A DNA stretch of 64,000 nt from Nitrospirota bacterium (GCA_963788195.1 CAWBGA010000004.1:85099-149098); one strand, 5' to 3'; shown: positions 18,803 to 27,737, counted from the first letter of the stretch. Numbers and translations: made by a program. Notes: a model not told the origin generated them from the letters alone.

Positions 18803-20521
18803 ATGAATCCGGATATCTCGGCACGAGGCTTATCGAACGGTTCAGTTACCGTCGGAAAGACTTGGTTGGTATTATCGAAAACAAGTCGGATACGAATCTA
18901 TCTCCTGATCCTCCTACTTGCCAGTACCATCGGCTATGGTATGTCCGAATCCGTCGGGTACGGGGATGCCCCTTATTATGCTCTACAGATCGAGCAGGGC
19001 ATCCTGATCGAACCCGGCCATTTGTTATGGAGACCGTTGGGAGCAGCGCTTTACGCGGTGATTCATCAGATTGGGTACACCGGTGACGCGCTGTGGGTGC
19101 TCCAAGGGATCAGCCTCGTGGCGAGCGTCGCTTCCGTGGCGGCGATGTTCTACTTTCTTTTACAATGGTGTGCGCCCGCAACGGCGTTCTTCGGAGCGGC
19201 GTTGTTCGCATTTTCCAACGGCTTCTGGTACTACGGCATCTCTGGCTGCTCGTATTCCCTCAGCGTCTTCTTCACGATCATGGCGGTCATCTTTGCCGCT
19301 CCTGCGAAGGACACGATAAGACCGTCTCCGAAGCGCACCCTGCTTTCTGGGCTGATGGGGGGAATGGCCGCTCTGGCCTGGCTCCCCCAAGGCCTAAACA
19401 TGCCCGCCCTCCTGGCGGCAAACATCCTGCTTCAGGTGCCCCTACGTGAGTTTCGAATCAAGCGTGCCGTCATGGTGGGAATGCTCTTTCTCGCCGCCTA
19501 TGCGGGAACGGTGTGGCTGCCACTGGTGGGAGCGTACTTGGCGCTTCCTCTCTTAGGGGCATATCACTACTATGGGGATGGCTTGGAAAACGTGAATTTC
19601 GTGGGCTGGCTCATCAGCGCGAGCCATAATATTCATAATGATCTCGGCCTCGCGCAAGGTTTTCGCGTCATCAATGGATGGGCACAGTCGATAGTGAATC
19701 TAAATGATTTGGGGTCACAAGTCCGACTCTGGCTCATCGAGGGTAAAGGTTCTCTGGGTTCGTCGGTGGCTGCAGGGTTATTAAAGTTAAGCTTCTTCTA
19801 TTTTGTTGTCATGGCCGCCCTCTGGTTGATCTTGAAAAATAGTCGGCGGGGGCTTCTTGGAGACCGGAAAACGGCCATCCTGGTTGTGGGGTTTGGTTCT
19901 CTATTGGCAAACTTCGCGTTCAGCTTAGGTTGGGAAGCCACGGCTCTCGAGCGGTATTTGCCGTCAACCCCTTTTTTGATTCTCGCCTTGTGCATCGCCT
20001 GGGATACGTCGAAGCTGAGCCAGCGACCAGCATACGGAATCCTTGCGGCGTTGATCATCCCTCTGGTGATAACCGTGAATTGGCTGGGGACTTTTGCCCC
20101 AGTGCAAGGAGCCGATTCCTATAGACACCAGTGGTTGACGGCAGTCCATCGGCACATGACTCAGTCTGATTTGCTTATCATTTTAGGATCCAAGCACCTT
20201 GCCGATCCGCATAATCGTGCGATGCCTCGTATACTGCATATCTCTCTACAAACCACGCTGACATCAGACCCCGCAACATGGAAGGGGCTTACTCAGGACT
20301 GGATTCGCCAGACCCTGCAAGGTGGAGGTCGTGTTCTGATCGGCGAGTCTGTTCTTGGACTGGATCCGATGCCGCGTGGTGGTTGGAGCTTCAAAGAGCA
20401 CCCTGTCCCGAGCCCAAAAGATTTGGATGATTTCTTTGGGCCGTTAAAGGGGCAATTCGTTTTCTCGGCCGGCGGTGAGCGGGTGTGGCTCATGAAGTCG
20501 GACGGGGCCGAAAAGCCGTAG
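18803..20521 (+). CDS. Polytopic membrane protein, probable GT-C (ArnT/PMT-like) glycosyltransferase
   Basis: About 10-12 hydrophobic segments, D..YY in the first loop, HLL, late ERYLP motif, C-terminal soluble domain. Confidence 0.6.
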   Translation: MNPDISARGLSNGSVTVGKTWLVLSKTSRIRIYLLILLLASTIGYGMSESVGYGDAPYYALQIEQGILIEPGHLLWRPLGAALYAVIHQIGYTGDALWVLQGISLVASVASVAAMFYFLLQWCAPATAFFGAALFAFSNGFWYYGISGCSYSLSVFFTIMAVIFAAPAKDTIRPSPKRTLLSGLMGGMAALAWLPQGLNMPALLAANILLQVPLREFRIKRAVMVGMLFLAAYAGTVWLPLVGAYLALPLLGAYHYYGDGLENVNFVGWLISASHNIHNDLGLAQGFRVINGWAQSIVNLNDLGSQVRLWLIEGKGSLGSSVAAGLLKLSFFYFVVMAALWLILKNSRRGLLGDRKTAILVVGFGSLLANFAFSLGWEATALERYLPSTPFLILALCIAWDTSKLSQRPAYGILAALIIPLVITVNWLGTFAPVQGADSYRHQWLTAVHRHMTQSDLLIILGSKHLADPHNRAMPRILHISLQTTLTSDPATWKGLTQDWIRQTLQGGGRVLIGESVLGLDPMPRGGWSFKEHPVPSPKDLDDFFGPLKGQFVFSAGGERVWLMKSDGAEKP

Positions 20522-20712
20522 ACGCAGTTTCTGCATCCGGCCTCTTGATTTCCACGGCATCTATCAAGTAAGCCGGTCTTCTGGTGCTGGTCTGAAATTC
20601 CGATTTTGTGCTCGTCGCCCTAGCCCCCTGATTCCGCTCGGGCTGACAGTGTTCGGGTTCACTCGTCTACGACTGCGAGACATACGATATATTATTCAGG
20701 GAATAGCCAAAC

Positions 20713-21147
20713 TTGAATTCTCAAAGAAACATACAAACAGGCGGACTAGTGGGAATTCTTAAGTCATTTAGAAGTTATGGAATCCGCTACGCGGTGGTTG
20801 GGACTTCAGGGACAATTATTTATATCTGTCTCCTTACGCTCTTCGTGGACGGATTTAATGCGGATCCGGTGATGAGTTCCGCTCTCTCAGCGATACCGTC
20901 GGTGATCGCCACCTACTTGGCGAATTACTTTTGGACGTTCCAATCTTCAAATGATCATCTGGTGACACTTTTTCGTTTTGCAGTGACCTCATTTGTGGGC
21001 TTGCTGTTGAATATATCTATTATGCATCTCTGCGTGGATATTCTAGGACTGTGGTATCTCTATGGCGCCTTTATTAACATTGTGGCGGTTGCCTTAACCA
21101 GCTTTCTACTTCATGTCAATTGGTCGTTCCGGCTTGTTGAAGGATAG
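20713..21147 (+). CDS. GtrA-family lipid-linked sugar flippase
   Basis: About 140 aa, 4 TM helices, RYAVVG, NYFWTF, RF, NWSF. Confidence 0.85.
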   Translation: MNSQRNIQTGGLVGILKSFRSYGIRYAVVGTSGTIIYICLLTLFVDGFNADPVMSSALSAIPSVIATYLANYFWTFQSSNDHLVTLFRFAVTSFVGLLLNISIMHLCVDILGLWYLYGAFINIVAVALTSFLLHVNWSFRLVEG

Positions 21148-21664
21148 ACCGCTGTGGAAAAGAAACAAGGGTTTTCAGTCTCACTTAGGAGTCAGTGAGT
21201 GAGTATATCAGTTAGCTGATCCATTACTGATCCGTAACGTAGCGTATAGCATACGTTCCTATGTGATGCTGAGAAACCCAGAGCCGTCCGCCGGACGCGG
21301 TTGGCCGACCTTGTTAACGAAGCGTTTGGGCATATCGACCACTAGTTTATCCCGATGTCCTTCCGCAATCCCGCCAACTTCTATCCCGCACCGGGCCAAT
21401 ATTACATCCACTCCTTCATCGTATGACTGACTGTGGATCTCCTCTCAAAACCTTCTTTCATGGCCCATCCAGAGGGGTATTCCTAGGTAGGTCATTCTAG
21501 TATAAATGGCCGCCGAACCATTGCGACGAATCCCTACCCCGGGACTGGACGTTTTCTGCACTGATTGTCACCAATCCGGTGCCTGTATGTAAATTTGATT
21601 AGCCCGTGGCAGCAAAGACAAAAACATCATGTTTTGATATCATATCAATCATTAGCGAGGCCTT

Positions 21665-22969
21665 GTGGAACAACTTTTGAAGAAAATTAACGATCGCACG
21701 GCCCACGTGGCGGTGATCGGATTGGGGTATGTCGGGCTGCCTCTTGCTGTTGAATTTGCCAAGGCCGGTTTTCGAGTGATCGGGATTGACCTTGATGCCG
21801 GAAAGGTGGGGCAACTCAAGCGGGGAGAAAGCTATGTTAAAGATGTGCCTTCGGAAGATGTCCGCCAGATTGTGGACGACGGCCGGTTCCTTGTGACCAC
21901 AGCGTTCTCGTTCTTAGCGGAAGCGGATGCCTGCTGCATCTGTGTTCCCACACCGCTCGGCAAGACCAAGGATCCTGACGTTTCCTTTATACTGGACGCG
22001 GCCCGGGCGGTAAAATCAGGCTTGCGACGGAATCAACTGGTCGTCCTGGAAAGCACGACCTATCCAGGCACGACACGCGAGTTATTGCTGCCAATGTTCG
22101 AGGAGGATGGTTTCAAGGTCGGCACCGACTTTTCCCTGGCCTTCTCACCGGAGCGGATTGATCCCGGCAATCCAACATATCACCTAAAGAATACGCCGCG
22201 TGTGGTAGGGGGCATCACACCGACGTGCACCCAAATGGCGGTCGCGCTTTACAGCCAAATCGTGGAGCGAGTCATACCGGTGTCCTCGGTGGAAGCGGCT
22301 GAGCTGACTAAGCTGCTGGAGAACACTTTCCGGATCGTGAACATTGGGCTGGTAAATGAGATGGCGATCATGTGCGATCGTCTAGGCATCAATGTGTGGG
22401 AAGTCGTAGAAGCTGCCGCGACCAAGCCCTATGGGTTCATCTCGTTTTCTCCAGGTCCTGGACTGGGCGGCCACTGTATCCCTGTCGATCCTCATTATTT
22501 ATCATGGAAGCTGCGAACCCTGAATTATCGGGCGCGTTTTATCGAGCTGGCAGGGGAAATCAACGCGGAAATGCCTGAATACGTTGTACGCAAGATTGCA
22601 GACGCCTTGAACCGAGCAAAAAAAAGTGTTAATGGCTCCTCTGTCCTGGTGCTGGGTGTGGCGTACAAGCGGGACATTGACGATGTGCGCGAGTCCCCGG
22701 CATTGGACATCATCAAAGTGTTGCGGAACCAAGGGGCGGAGGTCACCTGGCATGATCCCCATGTCCAGGAACTTAAAGGGCTGGAAAGTCTGGCCCATGC
22801 TTCGGAAGTTACCACCGAGCTCCTCTCCCAAGCAGATTGTGTAGTGATCACGACCGATCATTCTGTGTATGATTGGGACGCCATCGTGAAGAATGCGAAA
22901 CTTATTGTAGACAGCCGAAACGCAACGCGTGCGGTCGATTCAGGACGTCATAAGATTGTGATGCTATGA
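21665..22969 (+). CDS. UDP-glucose/GDP-mannose dehydrogenase family (probable UDP-GlcNAc 6-dehydrogenase)
   Basis: GLGYVGLP, ESTTYPGTT, SPER, KLLENTFR, GGHCIPVDP, YKRDIDDVRESP. Confidence 0.93.
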   Translation: MEQLLKKINDRTAHVAVIGLGYVGLPLAVEFAKAGFRVIGIDLDAGKVGQLKRGESYVKDVPSEDVRQIVDDGRFLVTTAFSFLAEADACCICVPTPLGKTKDPDVSFILDAARAVKSGLRRNQLVVLESTTYPGTTRELLLPMFEEDGFKVGTDFSLAFSPERIDPGNPTYHLKNTPRVVGGITPTCTQMAVALYSQIVERVIPVSSVEAAELTKLLENTFRIVNIGLVNEMAIMCDRLGINVWEVVEAAATKPYGFISFSPGPGLGGHCIPVDPHYLSWKLRTLNYRARFIELAGEINAEMPEYVVRKIADALNRAKKSVNGSSVLVLGVAYKRDIDDVRESPALDIIKVLRNQGAEVTWHDPHVQELKGLESLAHASEVTTELLSQADCVVITTDHSVYDWDAIVKNAKLIVDSRNATRAVDSGRHKIVML

Positions 22970-23235
22970 ATTCCGTGCCGCCGATAATGAAAAGTCGGCC
23001 GTGAAGGAAAAGATGCGGGGATATTCTGGCATCGAAAGGCGCGCGAAGCTCGCTCTGCTTCACCTAGAAGACGAATATTGGCGTGAACCGAGATAAGGGA
23101 CGAGTGAATGGGAGAGCTGATTATACCTTATTCTAGATCAACGGTGTGGGCCCGGCAATTCATGAAAGTGGTCGTTGGGCAGGCGAGATCGTGTAGCGAT
23201 ACGCAGGGTGACCACTCGATGACAGGAGGGATTCG

Positions 23236-24927
23236 ATGAAAAGCAAAGCGTCATTACTACGTCAGCTTTTCGCCCGGCCGGGCATTATTAGGCTAATCGG
23301 AGCCCACAATGCGTTGGGCGCCCAACTGGCTGAACGTGCGGGGTTCGATGGCGTCTGGTCCAGTGGGCTTGAGATATCAGCCTCCCATGGCGTGCCTGAT
23401 GCCGACATTCTGACGATGTCTGAATATCTGGGTGCGGCGGCCTCCATGGCCGACTCCGTTGAGATCCCCATTGTGGCAGATTGTGATACGGGGTATGGCA
23501 ATTCGAACAACGTCATCCAGATGATGCGCAAATTCGAGGCCTCGGGGATTGCCGCAGTCTGCATCGAGGATAAGCTCTTTCCAAAGGTGAACAGCTTTGT
23601 CCCGGGGCGTCAGGAACTCGCGCCGATCGCGGAATTCGTTGGAAAAATCATGGCGGCAAAAAACGCGCAACGTAATGCAGACACCATGCTCATCGCCCGG
23701 GTCGAGGCGCTGATCGCTGGACTCGGGCAGACCGAGGCCCAAAAGCGCGCGCGTGCCTATGCGGAGGCGGGTGCCGATGCGATTCTCATTCACCATAACT
23801 CTAGCTCCCCCCAACCGATTATTGATTTCGCACGGGCTTGGGACCTCGCAGTGCCTCTGGTCGTGGTGCCGACCATGTATTACACCATTACCGCCCAAGA
23901 GTTGAATGACCTGGGTATTAAAATGGTGATCTATGCCAACCAGGGCCTGCGTGCCGCCATTAATGCCATGCTTGATGTCTATGGAGAGATCCTTCACACG
24001 CAATCGACCGCGTCCGTCGAGAAGCGGCTTGCCTCGATGAAGCTGGTGTTTGAGCTGCAGGGCATGCCGCAACTGAAACGCAACGAAGACATGTATCTAC
24101 GATCGAATGAACCGCCGACGCGAGCCATCATCCCCGCGGCGGGTGATCATCTGGATGAGTACTCCATGAAAGATATCGCCGCCGATATCCCCATGGCCAT
24201 GCTCGACGTGAACGGCAAGCCTCTGCTGCAGCGTCAGCGGGAAGTGCTGAACCTTTCGGGAGTCCGGGAACTGATCGCCGTCGGTGGCTACCGTCGCGAG
24301 AAAATCACCGTGGACGGAATCAAACTATTCGAAAATCCGCGGTGGGAATCGACTGGAGAGTTAACTTCCATCCTTGCAGGGGATACGGATGCGGACTACC
24401 AAGGCAGAACCCTTATTTCCTATTCGGACATCCTTTTCGATAAGGACGCCGTCAATAGGCTTCTGGGCTGCGACGATGACGATATTGTCTTACTCGTCGA
24501 CAGCACCGCTGACTCGAAGACGCAGGATCGCTTGCAGGCAATGAATCGCGGGATAGATCTTGTGCTGCTGGCGGATGCGGTCGATCCTCCAACACGTCGC
24601 GTCTTAAAGGGAGACGCTCGGAGTCGAGTAGTGAAGATCGGAAAGAATATTCCACGATCCGAGGCCCACGGCGAGTTTACCGGCCTTGCCCTATTCTCCG
24701 CAAAAGGCTGGAAACTCTTTCGTAGGTTTTATGATACTGCGCAGGCCCTGCCTCGGGGCACGCGGTTTCATGAAGCTGCGACATTGGAAACGGCGTCGCT
24801 GACGGACATGGTTCAAGAGCTGATCGATCAAGGGCATCCCGTATCGTGTGTCCAGGTCTCATCCGGGTGGATGGAAATCCATTCGTTCGAGGATTACAAA
24901 CTGGCATGTAGGCTCGTGTCACAGTGA
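23236..24927 (+). CDS. pepM: Phosphoenolpyruvate mutase fused to a C-terminal NTP-transferase-like domain
   Basis: ICL/PEPM fold with DCDTGYG and the PepM signature EDKLFPKVNS (EDK-X5-NS; 23566-23595); C-terminal AIIPAAG...GKPLL...WMEIHSFEDY. Confidence 0.92.
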   Translation: MKSKASLLRQLFARPGIIRLIGAHNALGAQLAERAGFDGVWSSGLEISASHGVPDADILTMSEYLGAAASMADSVEIPIVADCDTGYGNSNNVIQMMRKFEASGIAAVCIEDKLFPKVNSFVPGRQELAPIAEFVGKIMAAKNAQRNADTMLIARVEALIAGLGQTEAQKRARAYAEAGADAILIHHNSSSPQPIIDFARAWDLAVPLVVVPTMYYTITAQELNDLGIKMVIYANQGLRAAINAMLDVYGEILHTQSTASVEKRLASMKLVFELQGMPQLKRNEDMYLRSNEPPTRAIIPAAGDHLDEYSMKDIAADIPMAMLDVNGKPLLQRQREVLNLSGVRELIAVGGYRREKITVDGIKLFENPRWESTGELTSILAGDTDADYQGRTLISYSDILFDKDAVNRLLGCDDDDIVLLVDSTADSKTQDRLQAMNRGIDLVLLADAVDPPTRRVLKGDARSRVVKIGKNIPRSEAHGEFTGLALFSAKGWKLFRRFYDTAQALPRGTRFHEAATLETASLTDMVQELIDQGHPVSCVQVSSGWMEIHSFEDYKLACRLVSQ

Positions 24928-24941
24928 GGGGGAGGGAGCGG

Positions 24942-25676
24942 ATGTCTCAAGAGGCGGGGCACTCCATCGCGGGAATAGATAGTGCCATTGAGAACCTGGA
25001 CTTTGACGCGATCTCCAGAACGTATCAGGAGCAGAACGAGTTTCTCCTGCTCGAACGGTTCTTATCTCCTGAAGCGGTCGCGCCACTGGTCGTCGAAGCG
25101 GAGCAAATGCGACCAGCAATCAACCGAAACTATATCCCGAAACATAAGAAGGGTGGCAGCGTCAGCCGGTTTGTCCTGGCCAAGAACGCGCCGGCAACGG
25201 TTTCCCTTTATCAGGACCCGGCATTCGTTGAGTTTTTGAGCCGCCTGGCAGGCGCGCGCCTGCTTCCGTGCCCCCCGGAAGATCCCCATGCATGCGCCCT
25301 GTACTTCTACACCGAACCCGGGGATCATATCGGCTTTCACTACGATACGTCTTATTACAAGGGGGCGAGATATACCGTGCTTTTGGGTTTGGTGGAGCAG
25401 TCAACCAGCCGGCTAGTCTGCCAGTTGTATAAAAATGATCCGGCTCGCGAAACACAAGAGCTCAGTGTCGCGACGAACCCCGGGACCATGGTGTTCTTTA
25501 ATGGAGATAAACTGTATCACTCGGTCACGCCCCTTGGAGCAGGCGAGGAACGTATTGTCTTGACGATGCAATATGTGACTAACCAAGCCATGGGGCCGCT
25601 GAAGCGCTTTGTATCAAACATGAAAGATGCTGTGGCGTATTTCGGATTTCGCTCGCTGATTCGCACAAGGGGTTAA
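24942..25676 (+). CDS. 2OG-Fe(II) dioxygenase
   Basis: HYD...H facial triad (GFHYD, LYHSVTP) followed by Arg (EERIVL); purine-rich RBS before ATG 24942. Confidence 0.85.
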   Translation: MSQEAGHSIAGIDSAIENLDFDAISRTYQEQNEFLLLERFLSPEAVAPLVVEAEQMRPAINRNYIPKHKKGGSVSRFVLAKNAPATVSLYQDPAFVEFLSRLAGARLLPCPPEDPHACALYFYTEPGDHIGFHYDTSYYKGARYTVLLGLVEQSTSRLVCQLYKNDPARETQELSVATNPGTMVFFNGDKLYHSVTPLGAGEERIVLTMQYVTNQAMGPLKRFVSNMKDAVAYFGFRSLIRTRG

Positions 25677-25687
25677 GCTGACACAGC

Positions 25688-26431
25688 ATGAACGTAGTGA
25701 TCCTAGCAGCAGGCGTGGGAAATCGGTTGCGTCCATTCACAGCCGAGCACCCCAAATGCCTTCTCACCTTCGGCGGCAAAAGCCTTCTGCAGCGGCATCT
25801 CGAGATGCTGGATCGGATCGGGGTTGGGAAGATCACGATTGTTGTCGGCCACTTGCGAGATCAGGTCGAGGCCGAAGTGAAGCAGGTGAACTTACAGCGG
25901 CAGATCGAACTGGTCTACAACCCTCAATATAGGCTCGGAAGCGGTCTTTCGCTTCTGCAAGCAGAGAACGGTTTGGGAAGCGCCCCGGCCATCATCATGG
26001 ATGCGGATCTCTTACTGTGCCACGAGATGGTCAAGAGTCTTTTTGCCAGTTCCGCACCAAACTGCTTACTTGCCGATGAGCGGCTCATTGATACAGGAGA
26101 AGAAGTGAAAGTCCTGGTCCGCTCCGATGGAACCGTCTGCGAACTGGGAAAACAGATACATCGAGGCGGGTCCGTTGTGGGCGAGAGTGTCGGTCTCTAC
26201 AAGTTTTCCCCAGAGGCTGGCCAAACCCTGGTGGGGAGGTTAAAGCCGGAAGTCGCGGAGAATCCCCGCGTCGAGTACGAAGCGATTATTGACAGTGTTC
26301 TTGATCGGATTCAGATGCACTATGTCCCCGTAGGGCAGCTTCCCTGGATCGAGATTGACTTTCCCAATGATGTCGAACGAGCGCGGAAGGAAATATGGCC
26401 GCTCATTACGAATCGCGAGTTGGTTGCGTAA
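25688..26431 (+). CDS. Phosphocholine/phosphonate cytidylyltransferase family (LicC/PntC-like)
   Basis: ILAAGVGNRL...PKCLL, EEVKV, GESVG, WIEIDFPND. Confidence 0.88.
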   Translation: MNVVILAAGVGNRLRPFTAEHPKCLLTFGGKSLLQRHLEMLDRIGVGKITIVVGHLRDQVEAEVKQVNLQRQIELVYNPQYRLGSGLSLLQAENGLGSAPAIIMDADLLLCHEMVKSLFASSAPNCLLADERLIDTGEEVKVLVRSDGTVCELGKQIHRGGSVVGESVGLYKFSPEAGQTLVGRLKPEVAENPRVEYEAIIDSVLDRIQMHYVPVGQLPWIEIDFPNDVERARKEIWPLITNRELVA

Positions 26432-26726
26432 TGAATTAGAATCCTGTTAGTCCGATCTCGGCTTTAGCCAGTTCTTCAGCTGGTGGACCATACGAAAGTG
26501 GATGGTGCCCCACCGAGGACTGATTGATTCTAATCTCTGGGAAGGCAATAGTTCTAAGGGCTTTCCGTATTTCAGATGCAGGTGGAGTCATTAGGGTATT
26601 CAGGCCTGTCGAGAACTAGGCGCAACTTTCCGTTCATTTCCAGCACCGCCGCATCATAGAAGCAGAAGGGGGAATTCTTGTACACAAGTCTGGCCACGCG
26701 TGTATCGCGCCCTCACCTAAACAAGA

Positions 26727-27722
26727 GTGATAATTCCTCTGGCAATCCTTGCTCTCCTGGTCCTTGGGCTGTATCACAAAATCCTCGTACGGCTTGTTGA
26801 GCATTGGTATATTGATCCCGATTATTCACACGGTTTTTTAGTGCCTTTGCTGGCGCTCTATTTTGTATGGGAGCGTCGCCAGCAGCTGTTCTTGTTACCC
26901 GTCACTCCACAAAAAGCCGGCATCGCGCTGTTAGCGCTGGGTTTGTTCATGCTCGTAGTTGGGTCGGCTGGGGCAGAGCTCTATCTTCAGCGAACTTCTC
27001 TCATCGTGGTGATCGCGGGCTTGGTCCTCTTATTATTGGGCAGGCCCTATTTGCGCGCGCTCGCTTTTCCGATCGCCTTCCTGCTGTTTATGGTTCCACT
27101 TCCGGCCATTGTGGTAAATGCCGTCGCGTTCCCACTTCAGTTATTTGCTGCAAAAACCGCGGCCTTTTGCCTGTTTAATTTCGGCATTCCCGTTCTGCGG
27201 GAAGGCAACGTTATCGCTTTGGCCGGCACAACCCTTGAAGTGGCTGAGGCGTGCAGCGGGATTCGCTCACTCCAGGCGCTGCTGGCGTTGGGCACTGTCT
27301 ACGCGTACTTCACGCAATCGTCTATGTGGAAGCGCTGGACTCTCGTGCTCCTGTCTATTCCTATCGCCATTGTCGCGAATGCTTTTCGAGTCACCGGCAC
27401 CGGGGTCCTTGCGCATTACTGGGGTCCCCAAGCCGCCGAAGGGTTTTATCACACGTTCTCTGGCTGGCTGATCTTCCTTGTGGCCTTTGTGCTCCTCTTG
27501 GCTTGCGGATGGCTTCTCTCGCGCGTCGGGCTTCCGCAGAGGTTTCACATCCCTAAACCGCCGAGCATTCGTGACGAGGCCCCCGTGAGATCACACCCCG
27601 TGCCTGTTGTGGATCATTACCCTGATCCCGGTGGCAACGGTCATGCGCCGGTCGTACTTCCCACGGGCAATGGCAGTTCTGCTGTTCATGAGCCTGAACA
27701 ACCCCCGAAGCCGGTCGGCTGA
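26727..27722 (+). CDS. xrt: Exosortase (EpsH family)
   Basis: DYSHGFLVP; catalytic Cys in VAEACSGIRS, Arg in NAFRV, His in FYHTFSG; multiple TM helices. Confidence 0.93.
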   Translation: MIIPLAILALLVLGLYHKILVRLVEHWYIDPDYSHGFLVPLLALYFVWERRQQLFLLPVTPQKAGIALLALGLFMLVVGSAGAELYLQRTSLIVVIAGLVLLLLGRPYLRALAFPIAFLLFMVPLPAIVVNAVAFPLQLFAAKTAAFCLFNFGIPVLREGNVIALAGTTLEVAEACSGIRSLQALLALGTVYAYFTQSSMWKRWTLVLLSIPIAIVANAFRVTGTGVLAHYWGPQAAEGFYHTFSGWLIFLVAFVLLLACGWLLSRVGLPQRFHIPKPPSIRDEAPVRSHPVPVVDHYPDPGGNGHAPVVLPTGNGSSAVHEPEQPPKPVG

Positions 27723-27737
27723 GAGCAGGAGAGACCT

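Noticed and set aside
21169..21279. Hammerhead ribozyme
   Set aside because: The three-way topology is there but no CUGANGA/GAAA core in the required order was found on either strand
23236..24100. Phosphonopyruvate hydrolase or methylisocitrate lyase instead of PepM
   Set aside because: The motif is EDK-X5-NS; there is no KRCGH/KKCGH lyase motif
24942..25676. BesD/HalD-type halogenase
   Set aside because: It retains Asp in HxD
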